Origin: Macrostomum lignano
Taxonomy: Eukaryota
Assembly: GCA_002269645.1 (NCBI GenBank)
Contig: NIVC01003467.1
Location: forward strand, 32,441 to 96,440
Direction of reading: 5' to 3'
DNA length: 64,000 nt
Shown piece after piece: positions 1-15,898 of the stretch. Numbering within the stretch: the stretch's first letter is position 1; each line of letters starts with the position of its first letter. The position numbers were made by a program, and so were the translations under genes. The notes under the pieces are model-generated. The model was not told where the DNA came from and searched no databases. It worked only from the letters and a program-made list of their open reading frames with translations.

Positions 1-1379
1 CTCAGTGACCAGGAGTTATTTTGTTGTCTAAGCCTTGGACTTTGTCCTAGAAATCCTGCCTTGCCGCTACGACTCCGAGAAAACTGCTGTATATTTATCT
101 ACATCGAAGGATAGTCAGGTCTCACCGATGCAAACCAAATATGGCAATGGCGGTCCGCAGTAAAATGGTCTCAAGTCCATTTTTGGTGATGGACGAGCAC
201 AAGAGCTTGGCTTCTTGAAGTCCAATTATGGAAATTTTTCTCCGATGGAGTTTCTCAGTCTAGAATATTTCTATTATTGCCAGTCCATACGTTAGTCTGT
301 GTACAATGAGAACAATGGGATTCTATTTTAAAAACTGAAACTCAGACTTAGACTTAGGCCAGCTGCCTGTAAGCAACAACACTTATCTTAGACTTAGGTG
401 AGAAAATGAACTAGCCTTATTTTTTTCAATGACAGTGTACTGAACCTGTGCACCTTTTTACTGTCAGAAATTGTAAACTAGAAAACAGACTCGAGAAGTA
501 CTTCTAAGTAGATATACTGTGTAGGCATAATTTGTCCTGTGAATTCCAAAAACTTATCTGTATTAATCTTAGCAACAAATCGACCATTAAGAAGGAAACT
601 AATGAAAAAAACTGTCAAACTCGACTCGGTTTAGTAACTCGATGAGAGGCAGCCTAGCTGATAACTAAAATATTATTTATAGTGTAATATTTTGAATTTT
701 TCACCATTATCATGTTGATAGTTTATCTTTTCATGTAACAATGAATTAATTTCTATCAACGCCGAGTGCTTTTTGAGCTTGCATTGATTGATCGACTTTT
801 GTCTATGGTCGAAACCGACGAGCCCGAGCTTTCGTAGAAATTTACACCCCCACGTAATGGGTTGGTCGGCCGTTTAATTTGGCTCTTCTTTTTCAGTGGA
901 ACTCCAAGTCTATGGTAATAGTTGGGACTTTTGCTGGGCGTCGTAAGAAGACACGATGGCTAAACCGACTATATGATGCTGTTGAAGCAATCGTCGGAGT
1001 TCGAGTAAGAAGTAGAATCGAATTTTTATCAAGCCCCAGTGAAAAAGAAAGTCCTTAGGATACCTTTCTTAGGCCGAGCTTGAGAATAGCGTTCATGGAC
1101 TCTCGACCATAGGCGCCGATGTGACACTTATTAGTTACTCTATATACCTATAGAAAGTAAGCTAAAAACACAACCATTTGAATTTGTAAACACTTATCGC
1201 CGATTAGAACTAATCGAGAGTTTTAAAGATCAGATCGTCAAACTCTGTAGTCTAAAAATAGCTGCAAATGAAAACCGAAACTGCGCAATGAAAATGTACT
1301 CAAACAGCTGTGTACAGTCTGTTAGGTAGCGAACGCAGACTAGTTTTATTTTTAGCTTCGAATAAAAGAGAGATAGAAG

Positions 1380-1772
1380 CATGGATGAATGAATAGAATG
1401 GATTGCTATTCTGGCTCTGGCTATTTTCGTTTTTGACTCTTTTGCATCCGGTTCCCCCCCGTGCCTTTTCATTGGTTGATGATTGCCATAGACAATTTTC
1501 GGCCTTCGCCCCTTTCTTTCGATGCACAAGCGCTTTCGCTCGTGTTTTGAAATAAAGGGGGAAGACCTACGAGCGCTCGATATTCTCTGCAAGTAACTGA
1601 CATTCTCAGTTCTTTGCGCCTGTGCATCGAAAGAAAGGGGCGAAGGCCGAAAATTGTCTATGGCAATCATCAACCAATGAAAAGGCACGGGGGGGGGGAA
1701 CCGGATGCAAAAGAGTCAAAAACGAAAATAGCCAGAGCCAGAATAGCAATCCATTCTATTCATTCATCCATG
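1380..1772. mobile_element. 393-bp fold-back MITE with ~155-bp inverted arms and 8-bp TSD (P-element- or hAT-type)
   Basis: Arms ~1380-1534 and ~1616-1772 are near-perfect reverse complements (termini CATGGATGAATGAATAG...CTATTCATTCATCCATG). Identical 8-mer GATAGAAG at 1372-1379 and 1773-1780. Confidence 0.9.
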
Positions 1773-2398
1773 GATAGAAGGCTCAACTCAAGTGAACTTA
1801 AATTCGACAGGACAAGCCATAATTGTACTCATAACTATGATCATTGCGCATATATCCATAGTTTTAAAATCTTATATAATGCATGCTGTCAACTACTTGA
1901 TTTGACGAACAAAATAAGTAATTTATTTTGCCTTCCTGTATAATAATTTTACGGTTTTCTGTTGCATAGTTAAGAACTTGAATTCCGATTTGAAGGCCGA
2001 TGAGCAGTGCTCGGCAGAAAGGAGCCAAAGAGCCTTGGCTGTAATAGTAGTAGTACGAGTAAAGGCTCAATCACACTGCAATCAAATGAAAGACCAAGTC
2101 ACACGACTAGTTTGACTACACAGCATTTCCTCATTTTTCTGTGATCACTTGAAATCTCAGCTAACATAGAAAATTTTCAAATTCAGCGACAAAAGTTAAT
2201 AACGCGAGGGCCAGTTGATTAACTAAAACGCTGTAAATTGGTCGCTTGCCTCTTACACAGCACTCGAAGTTGCGCAACACACAAAACTCAACTCAAGCCA
2301 CTCTATTTCAACAACTCTCCGTCTAGTTTGACTGTCGCTTCACAATTGATTGGTCATCACACCAGTCAGGTTATTAACTATTTTATTTTCACATGAGC

Positions 2399-2450
2399 CA
2401 GGGGTCGGCAAACTCCGGCCGGCAGGGCACATGCGGCTTGCAAAGCCTCT
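2399..2450 (+). mobile_element. hAT-like terminal fragment nested in the Harbinger-like element
   Basis: CAGGGGTCGGCAAACTCCGGCCGGCAGGGCAC resembles hAT/Charlie-type termini; no partner TIR seen. Confidence 0.45.
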
Positions 2451-2514
2451 CTGTCCAACCTTAGCGGTCCTTTGAAGCTCCACAATAGCAATCCGGCCCT
2501 TAATGTTGGTCTCT

Positions 2515-2705
2515 TCTCAGTTCTCTTCTCTCCTCCCCTCTCTTCTTCTCTCCTTCCTCCTCTCCCTCTCTCTCCTCTTTTCTACTCTCCTAACCTAATT
2601 CTCATCTCTCCTCTCCTCTCGTCTCCTCTTTGCTCCATTTCCTCGCCTCTCCCTTCTCCTATCTCCCTTCTTTCTTTTTTATTCCCTCTCATCTTCTCCT
2701 TCCTC
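2515..2705. repeat. CT-rich low-complexity tract
   Basis: Near-continuous (CTCT/CTCC) pyrimidine run. Confidence 0.85.
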
Positions 2706-4002
2706 CGGACCGCAGTCATGCTCTATAGGCTCTCTATCTGCCCCTTGAGATAAAAATCCGAACCCTGACATAATAGGAAAAAGAACCATCAGGAAAGTGT
2801 AATATGCTTGCTAGGTTGTTCGTTAGCTCGCGCCAGTTATATCAATAAGAGCGCTGGCCTTTGTACTCTGATACAGACTGTACACTGGTACAATGTACAA
2901 AATAGCTTTCTCAAACTTGCTCAAAATATATATGTACAATTTAGGCTCGACTGAGGTCATTGTCAAAGATTCGTTATTCATCAACTCAAATTTAGTGTGA
3001 TCACTCGAAAATTGGCCTCATTTGATGGCGGTGTGAACGAGCCTTAATGGTTGTGCTACTCCCGACTCGGGATGTGCTAGATAAGTTTCTAGAAGTTCCC
3101 AGAATACGTTAGGACAAAATTAGTAAACTCTATGATTAAATATGTTATTAAGGTCAGCCAGGTTTGGAACTATATTTAGTTTGGCTGGAATGAAGAATTT
3201 GTATTTAATTTGCGTATTTGTAGAATTTGAAATTGCGCGCTCTAATCTTTAATGCTAGCTACTTACTCAATGACTACTCAAGTAGATGGAGGGGAAACTA
3301 TGTTTCCTTAAAAAATTGTATTTTAACAAAAATTTTACTAAATGCGTATAATGTGTACTGGAATGATAAATTTGATTTGTAAAAATACTGAGTCAACCTG
3401 TTTCCGTATTTTTATGATTTTAGGTATATGACGCGTACGTAAGATATCAAATTAACGGAATTCTAATTTTATAAACGAAAAGCTTTATGAAAACCTACTA
3501 TATCTCCTTAATGCATTTTTCGGTAAAATCTGCCTTCAAAAAATTCCCAAGAAGCTTAGTTTCCTGTCCTTCTACTTGACTAGTCCTTAATGCTACTATG
3601 AGTAGCTCAAAGCTGCCACCACAGCATTTATAATGTCTACGTACCGGAAATTTCTCAGAGAGTCTTCGAAGAGTTGAGGTAAATTTTCCAGCTCATGTTA
3701 CCTGTCGGGGTAAAGTTACTTTAAGAAAAACTGCTTTGTTTTTTGGAACCAGATTTTGATTATTAATATGATACGTCCCTTCGACTTCCCGATAAAATTG
3801 GCAGAGGTAGCCTCTGATACGAGAAAGCCATCTTCGAATAGATATTATAGACACAGAAGAAAACTGGAATTGTAAACAGATGAAACATTTATTACATCCT
3901 TGATAACACATTTAAGTACGATATTTGAGTATACTCGTATTGTCACAGTTATATGATTTAACAATTTGGCAATTAGTAAGACTTAATTAAAAGCGCATTA
4001 AT

Positions 4003-7248
<3,246 letters not shown>

Positions 7249-9705
7249 TTCAGTTGCTACGAGAAGTGTACAGACAGACAGTTTTATTTTAATTATTCTG
7301 TCTGAAAGGAGTTGATATACACGTATGCGACGCTCACGCTAGGGCTTTTTTGTGCACCATTCAAACAACTGAAGGCAGACTAATTGTGTTGCAGACCGCA
7401 CAAAATATTTTAGCTCTGCCTTGTACAAGCGTACTTGTACATTAATTTAAGTTAATGGTAAAGTCAGTGTAAAGTAAAAAATCAATAATTTGAACCGTTG
7501 GGTTTGCTCACGGTCACGACAGCTGTTGTAGCAAAGAATGTATGGATAGAAAACTTAGTGTTTCTCTCGCTCTATTGTACATTGTCTTTTGGTTTTCCTA
7601 GAAAGGACTTTTTATTTAGTTTTGCCTACTCAATTGCGTGCCAGTTCACCTTAACCTCATTAGATCTATCTAAAAATGCAATTTTAACTATATTGGACTA
7701 GCAATTTTAGCCCCCCATTTGGGGGAAAGGGCTGAAAAATCAAGCATTAGCTACTATGATACTATGATGGAAAATCCCCAGGATGACATCCGTTCATTAC
7801 TTGGAACAAGTTCCTAAAAGTAGCACATCCCCTCATAGTGAAAAAGCACTTAGAATAATAAGGAATTCTTTCAAACGTATAAAAAATTAACGTTTTATTG
7901 AGTTTTCATGGTAACGAAATAAAAAATTTGCTTTAATTTTTCTAACTCGCGTTACCTTCCGTTACTCTCTTTTTTAGCTTCTTCTTGTGACGGGGGACTT
8001 GTGGAAAACTTCATTGTTTTACTATCATTTTTACTATCAGTAGACTACTACGTACCTGGTAAGTGTATCATATTTTGTATGAATTCTGTGTACGAGTACA
8101 TTCATTGAATCGGCTTTTATATGTCGGCAAGTGATGAATTTTTAACAAATCAATAATTTGCCCAGCGCCCATCGTAACTCTCAGCCAATTACAATTCGCT
8201 GTATCATCTATCGTTTTATATTAACTGTTCGTTTTTCGTCGCTACTCAAAAACAAATAAAAAACTTGGCCAACTAAGCAAGCAAAATATATATAAATTCA
8301 ATTGAATATTGGACTGCGCTATACTTGCATTTTTCTTCGGTCTTGTTCGGTCTTGTTCTGCCAAGGACTGCCAGATTAAATTCGTCACATTCTTACAGAT
8401 TTTCTTCCGGTTTTTTCGCCATTTTTCCTGGCACTGACGACAATCGTTTTACACCTAAAACTTACCTTTTTTAAAAGGTTTATTATTAAATTTAGATCTT
8501 TTTGGTCAACCTATACTATTTGAATGAAAAATGAAAAGAAACAAGCAAATACACGCGAAATTATTGTTGCAGATTCTTGGAAACACAAACTGATATAATT
8601 GTACAGGTGTGTCAGGTGAGAACCTAAGACACGACGTATACATGATTTTCTCCCGATTAATTAAACTCTCTGACAAAGCAGCTCGATGCTTGTCTTCAAT
8701 TAGGAACGTCATTTGTTTTATTCTGCTGATGTTGTTCAAATTTTCAACCACAATTACCAACTAATCAACAGAACAGAGTTTTGAAACACGTCTGCGATTG
8801 ATGGACTTGATGGCATTAAGAGTTTTACTATCAATTCAAGTCTTCTTGTCTTCTTCGATGCGGATTCGAGTTCTGGGACTATCATTAAGTTGCTCTTCAC
8901 CAAGTACTACTAATCCTCCGAAGCTACCTTTTTTGCAAAAGCTGTCAAAAATCTTTGCAGTGGAATTAGTAGAATTCTTGCTATGTTTATTCATTGTAGC
9001 AACTGCCATTTGTCCCATCCATCTAATATACAGGAAAAAAAACTATTTTTGGACAGAGAAATAAGCAAACCATTTCATTAAATTGGAGAGAGTGATGGGT
9101 GCACATGGATAAACACAGGCTCTCAGTTCTCAGTCCCTAATGGTCGGCCAATAGAGACAGCACAACCCTCTTGAAAATGAGGGAGGTTGTAGGAACGAGG
9201 AACGAGCTTACCTTTAAAACTGACTCAGTCGCCTTAGTTATCTAAGCTCATTGCATGGGTTCCTTAATAAAGTTCATTTAACATAGTCTTTATTTAACAT
9301 TTGAAACTCAGAAGACAAAAAAAATTATTCAAATATAGGCCAACCCTACCGCTCCGACCCGAGTTTGCTGTCCAATTTCTATTTATTAGTAATTCTGACT
9401 GCTCAGACGGTTGAGCTTAGATCTTATCTGATCTTATCTGGCTAAAGTATCTGAATCTGAATAGCTTTGCTAACAAATTTTCTTTCTTGAACGCAAGCAT
9501 TTCTATTCCTAAATAATTTAGACTGGCCTGTTCTTTATGGGGGTTAGGGGCTAAGTATGAGTATGTACCCATTAGATTTTTCTGTCTGGCTCTTAAAATC
9601 TTAAATAGCTCACAGATTGCACAGCTGCACAATAGAGACAACATTACGAAGCTAGCACAGGGTAATTTCAATTCTCAAGCATTTCAAGGGCGATTTCTAA
9701 GAAAG

Positions 9706-12700
9706 ATGTGCGCAGACTACAGAGATGTCGAGGTAAGAAAGTTTAATATTTCAATTGTGCAAAATTGATCCCCAAATCTACATGTATGTCTAACATTAAA
9801 TTCAATAATGCTTTCTTGTTGATAGTACGTAGTACATGTATTGTCGTAGTTAGCTAAATTATAGTTGATAACTGCGATAGTTTGCTAAATTATAGTTGAT
9901 AACTGCGATAGTTTGCTAAATTATAGTTGATAACTGCGATAGTTTGCTAAATTATAGTTGATAACTGCGATAGTTTGCTAAATTATAGTTGATAACTGCG
10001 ATAGTTAGCTAAATTATAGTTGATAACTGCGAGCGTAGAAATCAGCGCCCCCGTTGGGGAGCTAACAAAGAATGGAATACAAATTTTTGAATAAATTACA
10101 TGTAGCTTCTCCTTGCAATAACCTCTGAAATTCCCCTTGTAAGTGGCTACGGGCTTCGGGGTTGGATTTAATGGCTGTGAATAACGAGACAATCACAAGT
10201 CCCAAATGACGCTTTTGTTGTTGAACTGCCCTAAAAATCTGCTCCTCCCTACTCAACTGCCAGGAATTTTCTTTTCCTCCCTTTGAGTTCCCACTTTTCC
10301 CAGCTCTTTTGCACTCCTGATCACCATCCCTTCACTAAAGTCGTACATATTAGATCGCGAGTTTGCAACTCCAAAATCCATCGGCTTGACAGCTTTTTGC
10401 GGGGTTACAATTGATTTTCAAATTTTTACCCGCGATATTTTGTTACATTAAAATTTTTTTAGGGCTAACGCTTCTCGAGATTTATGGACTTGGAGGTGTG
10501 CCTGGTTGCTAGCGAGCTGTCTGAAGGCTGATTCTCGGGGCGTGCCATCTATAGGGGGTGCCATCTATAGGGGGTGCCATCTATAGGGGGTGCCATCTAT
10601 AGGGGTGCCATCTATAGGGGTGCCATCTATAGGGGGTGCCATCTATAGGGGGTGCCATCTATAGGGGTGCCATCTATAGGGGTGCCATCTATAGGGGGTG
10701 CCATCTATAGGGGTGCCATCTATAGGAGTGCCATCTATAGGGGTGCCATCTATAGGGGGTGCCATCTATAGGGGGTGCCATCTATAGGGGGTGCCATCTA
10801 GGGGGCGAAGTTTGGAAACCCGACCTTGTTTGTTTGCAACTCAACTGTGATTTTGCAGCTTAAAAAATTACAATCTTATATTTCCTGCCAAGGTTTAAAC
10901 TGTCTATTTCTACCAGACAAACATGAAGCATGACCAAAAACCATACTGGAACTTTCAGTTACAAAAGCTCTGCAGGCTCGTCATCCGCGGTGACTACCCT
11001 CTGCTACGTCAGCAGGCTACAGAGCAGCTGGTAGCTGCGGCTGATGGGGCAGGTAGGACTGTCCTCATGCTGGTGGCTGGCACTCGTTCGACAATCGTAC
11101 AGTCTGAAAAGTGCATACGGTACTTAATCCAGCTGGGCGCGGATCCCATGGCAGCTGATCAAACTGGAAACACGGCTGCTCACCTTGCGGCCCAGCGGGA
11201 CCATCTGCGGCTGCTGGAGCTGCTGCCGTTCAATGCGAAGTGGCTGTCGAACCAGCAGGGCGCCACTCCGCTGATGGAGGCGTCGCGGACCGGCAGCTGG
11301 AGATGCGCCAAGCACCTGTTGCACCTGTTGCGGCAGAAGGCCTGGAACAACAGTAGGAGGTTTGGAAACGAAACAAGAGAAGAGCTGCTTGGTCAGACAG
11401 ATGCCGACGGGCAAACAGCGTTGGATCTTGCTCGGCGCAGTGGCTACAAAGATATGGCTGCGGAAATTGAGCTGTGAGTTCTTGCTAACTCTGACTCTGA
11501 AACGTTATTTACCGTAATTTACAGGTTTCTCCATAGCAAAGTAGGCAGGCATATCCCGGATCTGTTTAGTTACAAATAAAATTACATTTAAAACTATTTT
11601 TAGAGAGCTGCGACTATCGGTGGATAGATCGGGGTTTATTCACGGCCTCACAGAATCCGTAAGTTTGCACATTTTTCTGTGGTGTTGCACTCAGATGGAT
11701 TTGCCTATGATCCGTCACGTTTTTACTCCAAAAAGTTTTTTACCCTCAGCTTGGCTCCTCTCTCAACTACGTTCTTTATAACTTGAATGATGATTCATGG
11801 TCTCAAAATTGGCACTTTTGGCTCGGCTCCTGCAAAGTCCCCTGGAGTCTGAGAGGTCTCCCAGTAGAGTAGCTAGTTTGTGGGTCTGGATGTCAGAGCC
11901 ATCCCGGTCTCGTCCAGTGAGAAAACTTGACGATTTAACTAGTTTCGCCGAGACTTAAGTCATCATCCCCCTTCGTCATCAAGTTAGCGATGAAGCCTGA
12001 GATCATTTGAGATCAGCACAGCATGTTGGTTCTGCATGTAGTGTAGTTTTACATATGTAGTTCCGCATATTTTCCGCTAAATCATACATATTATTTGCTA
12101 AGTCGGGGCATTTCAGGCCAAGACCGTACATATGCATGTACATTATGGTTATTCGATAATGTATTTATATGTTCAGCTGTTCAGTGTATATATTCATATG
12201 TTCAGTGTATTTATAGGTTCAATTCAAGTTACCTCCTACAAAAGTTCTCTCTGTCCCTGTATGGTCAATGGAATGTAGTCCCAGCAGTGTCCCTTGATAT
12301 CAAATATAATTTGGGGATGGACAGCAAAAAGTTTACAGGTAAGTCCAGTGCCCCATCTAGTCGTATATCTGATTGTAAAGGAGAAGCTGATTTCGTGAGT
12401 TACATGTAGTTGGAACGGATTTGGTGCACGGTGGGTTAGTTCAATCTCAGGGTAAGTAACAGCATACAATGGTAGCTTCTAGTATTCCCTGGCTTGTCTC
12501 TCGCTGCCTGCTCCTAGCTCATAAATGGCAAGTCTTTTGTATGCTTTTAGAATTTGTAAAATTCTTGCAAAAATATTTAGGAAGAGGCGATCAGAGCTGA
12601 GCTGGAGCAGCTGGCAAGATCCGGTGACGCGATGGAGCTGCGACGAGTTGTGACTCGAAGCAACTGCGACCTGCCTGACGCCCGCGGCTTCACCCTGCCA

Positions 12701-15367
12701 ATGTGGGCAGCTGCCAACAAGGAACTGAATGATCCGGAATTGTGGGCTCGCCTGCTGCAACTGGCTGATGCCACCTGCGCAGCGGTGTCAGGAGAGAGCT
12801 GTCTGCATCGGGCAGCTGGCAGCGGTAGCCCCATCGCAGCTAATGCGCTAATGGATGCTGGAGCGTCATCAAACAGCACAGCCCAGTTCGGACTCACACC
12901 CTTGATGGTGGCGGCCAGTGCGGAGAGACTCAGCAATGCTGACGCGGTGGGCTGGGTTCTGCTGTCTGCCGGATCTGACTGGACGGCCATCGAACGAAAG
13001 GGCAGGACTGCCTTGAACTTGGCTACTAAGAATCCGTATAGATCTGACGGATTAGTTGAGCTGCTGAGTGGGTAAGCTGCCAATTTACTCATTTGAAAAC
13101 GTAATCTAAAAAATGAAAGCCGCTAGAAGTTACGGTTGTATCGATGCACATTTTTCGGAAGTCCACGTTTGCTCAAAATTGCATGAACAGTGTTGGCCGG
13201 GTCATAGCATTTATCTCGACGGAATCAAGATTCAAATCTGATGGTGGTTCCGTTGATGCAGAGTATTACAGGTCACAACTCTTGCAACATGAAGGGGTGG
13301 CGCATACCAGTACAGTAACCCGACTTCGGCGATGTTGCATTTTGGCCGACGTTTTCGAAGTCCATCTACGACGCTAGAAAATAAAAATTTTTACATTGCG
13401 TCGACATTTGACCGACATATTTCAGGATGTACGCCCCACGTTTCAGCAGAGTTAGTCAAAATAATCTGGTGTAAGGATTCTTCGGCCATAATCTCAGATG
13501 AATTCGTTCGTTTCGATGCAACCAAATACCCAAAACACCAAATGCATTTATCAGTATGCTTATACGAAATCTATTGAACCTTAGCACGATATTTAATAAT
13601 ATATGATGCACATGCATAATCTCCATGCAATGCAGATACGATGGAAAGGGTTACTTCGACGAGCCGATTGAACCACCGTGAGTTGACCTTTGTAATTTTG
13701 TTACAAAACAATACAACACTGCATTACTTACAACACTGCATAGAGGGTTTCAAATAAATATTATAAATATAAAAGATGAAAGCTCATAGTTTGTCTCGTG
13801 TCACATATGCATGTCACTTGTTCCGCCACATAGTTGGTCACTAAAAAACGTCGTCCGTACGGGTCATGACACCTGGCGTGAAAATAACAAACAAAACTGT
13901 ATTTTATTGACAAACATTTCAGCAAACCCTTTTGGAGGAGTTGGTCCAACAAGATTTTGCTCGGACGTGGCGGCTTCGGTGACGTTAACGAAGTGTTCAC
14001 CGACAGAGAGGTCAGATGCGTCGCAAAGACTCTCAGATTTCCCATACAGTTGGGAGACGATCGTCACGTCTTGTCTGAAAAAGTTAACAAAGCAGTTGAA
14101 AGCGAGAGGAATATGTGCTTACTATGGCATGAGAACATCGTCCGATTCATGCACATTGCTCAGCAGGAGCAAATAACGGTTGTGATATTCATGGAGCTCC
14201 TTAGTGGCCAGTCATTAGAAAGGTTTCTTCAAGAAAAGCCCCTAGAAGAAGCTACGACTAGGAAGTTCTGCACACAGGTAAGAGAATCGGATTTTGTTCA
14301 CACGTCTTTTTATAAACTATAGAACAGTCAGGAACCTGGGGAAAGTTTTTATGGAGAGTGAATAGAATTCAACCTTATATAAAACTTCTCAGATTCCGCA
14401 GCGGGGTGCTGTACTTTGTTACCGCACACGACACTTTATTTGCTAAAAGTGCAAGCGTCCTTTAAACGGACTTTTGACGCATTTTAGCATATCGCATCTC
14501 TATAGGGAACCAGGGAGCTATAAATTGCTGTTTCAAAGTGACATTCAAGAGATTATTTATCAAACTGAAAGGTACATGTACACGTATGTATTCACCTCTT
14601 TCGAGATTTATTCTTTCGTATTTGGTTTCTCATATTTTTCGAACGACAGTTTATCCAAAATAATTGTAAGGTTGGAGATGAAAGGGTCCCCAATTTAAAA
14701 TTAAAACCCTAAATTACTGCATACATCGCTAAAGGGAAGATTAGCGTTGATGTAGCTCGTGTCATACCCCAGCTAGGCTGCACACTGTGAGATTGTTTCT
14801 GAGTATTAAACGTAAATGCAGATCACCATGACTGCTTTTCAATTTGGCTGGCAGATCTGCAGCGCTCTGGAGTACATGCACGGAAGACAACGGCCCGTGA
14901 TCCACAGGGACATCAACTGCGCCAACATTATTGTACTCGCTGACAACACCCGGATTAAGCTGATCGACTTCGGCTTGTCAATCAAACTGGAGGAGTCGGT
15001 CAGCCACTATTCAGCTTCCGCAGCGACACCAAAAGGCACGTTGAACTTCATGGCGCCGGAGCTGGTGGCGCCTGAAGGTCTGGCAAACCCGCGGTACAGC
15101 AGAGAGTCGGACATCTGGGCGCTCGGCTGCTCGCTCTACCAGATGGCATCCGGGATCAGGCCCTACGCTGGGATTAAAAACTTCCTGCAGTTGGCCTATC
15201 AGCTGGATAAAAACGGTGCCCCAGACCTTCCAGATGGTTGCTCTGCTCAACTAATTAACTTCTACGGCTGCTGCACTGCTAAGGATAGAAGAGAGCGCAA
15301 GTCTGCAGAGGAGCTGATGCAGCACGAGTTTCTGACGTCAAATTGGCACACTCTTGCAATCGTTTAA
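9706..15367 (+). CDS. Ankyrin-repeat + Ser/Thr kinase (STE/MAP3K-like) protein, paralogue 2
   Basis: Exons 9706-9732, 10959-11473, a 3n+1 linker exon (candidate 11525-11540, uncertain), 12581-13071, 13923-14277, 14855-15367. Intron phases match paralogue 1 and the N-lobe exon is 355 nt in both. Motifs GRGGFG, VAK, HRDINCAN, DFG, APE. Confidence 0.8.
9853..10032. repeat. 31-bp minisatellite (~6 copies) in intron 1 of ANK-kinase 2
   Basis: Unit GCTAAATTATAGTTGATAACTGCGATAGTTT. Confidence 0.95.
10550..10802. repeat. 15-17-bp minisatellite (~16 copies) in intron 1 of ANK-kinase 2
   Basis: Unit GTGCCATCTATAGGG(G)(G). Confidence 0.95.
12255..12530 (+). repeat. Diverged dispersed-repeat fragment shared with 32885-33135 (and inverted ~55660-55910)
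   Basis: Shared blocks TAGTCCCAGCAGTGTCCCTT, GACAGCAAAAAG, CAGGTAAGT...CCCC.TCTAGTCG and CTTGTCTCTCGCTG. Confidence 0.6.
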
Positions 15368-15898
15368 AGTGCTTTTGTTAATTTAACATCTGCGTCGACT
15401 GCAGAATGTAATATTTATTCATTTATTCATAGTTTCTTTAAGAGTTCGAAAGAGTAAACAAATGTCTGGATGAAGCTGTAAGGCTGAGCAGTGGGTCTGG
15501 ATGACGGTGTGAGGCTGAGCAGTTGGTCTGGATGAAGTTAAGTGGTTACCGTGATGTCGTAATGAGGCAATGTTACTGCTAGTTACCGTGATGACGCAAT
15601 GATCTTGAAAATCAAGTAACTCAAATCAATTATAACTCATAAATAAATTTGTGTGTATGAATATACTTTACCATAAATAAACAAATATTGCAATCGTTAC
15701 TCTCTGAGTAAGGTGTGTTAGACACGCCGGAGGGTGCCGCTGTACATGCCTCTGAACTCTGGCGGGGGTTAAGGTGTGGGGGTGTTGGCCGCGCCGGCCA
15801 GCTTAAAGCCTCTGCACCCGGCCCGGCTTGTCTCCGCCGCCATTTCTCAATTTTTTTGCTCAGCCACCGCCATGAGTGCCAGCCCAAAGTGACAAAAC

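Larger units (their letters stand above)
2063..3044. mobile_element. Non-autonomous PIF/Harbinger-like element
   Basis: Imperfect 27-bp TIRs (AGGCTCAATCACACTGCAATCAAATGA vs reverse complement AGGCTCGTTCACACCGCCATCAAATGA, 23/27). TAA on both sides (2060-2062, 3045-3047), the typical Harbinger TSD. Confidence 0.7.

Noticed and set aside
1230-1943. Mutually similar ORFs on opposite strands (1230-1688 and 1614-1943)
   Set aside because: Artefact of the MITE inverted arms.
7902-7915. RFX X-box-like GTTTTCATGGTAAC in the divergent ANK-kinase promoter region
   Set aside because: It fits the degenerate consensus, but a rough estimate gives about 0.4 chance matches per 64 kb (both strands), and it is ~660 bp from the nearest ATG.
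8506-9018. ~170-codon same-frame stretch with two stops on the minus strand
   Set aside because: AT-rich with no recognisable motif; it may be a decayed transposon ORF but I cannot support a call.
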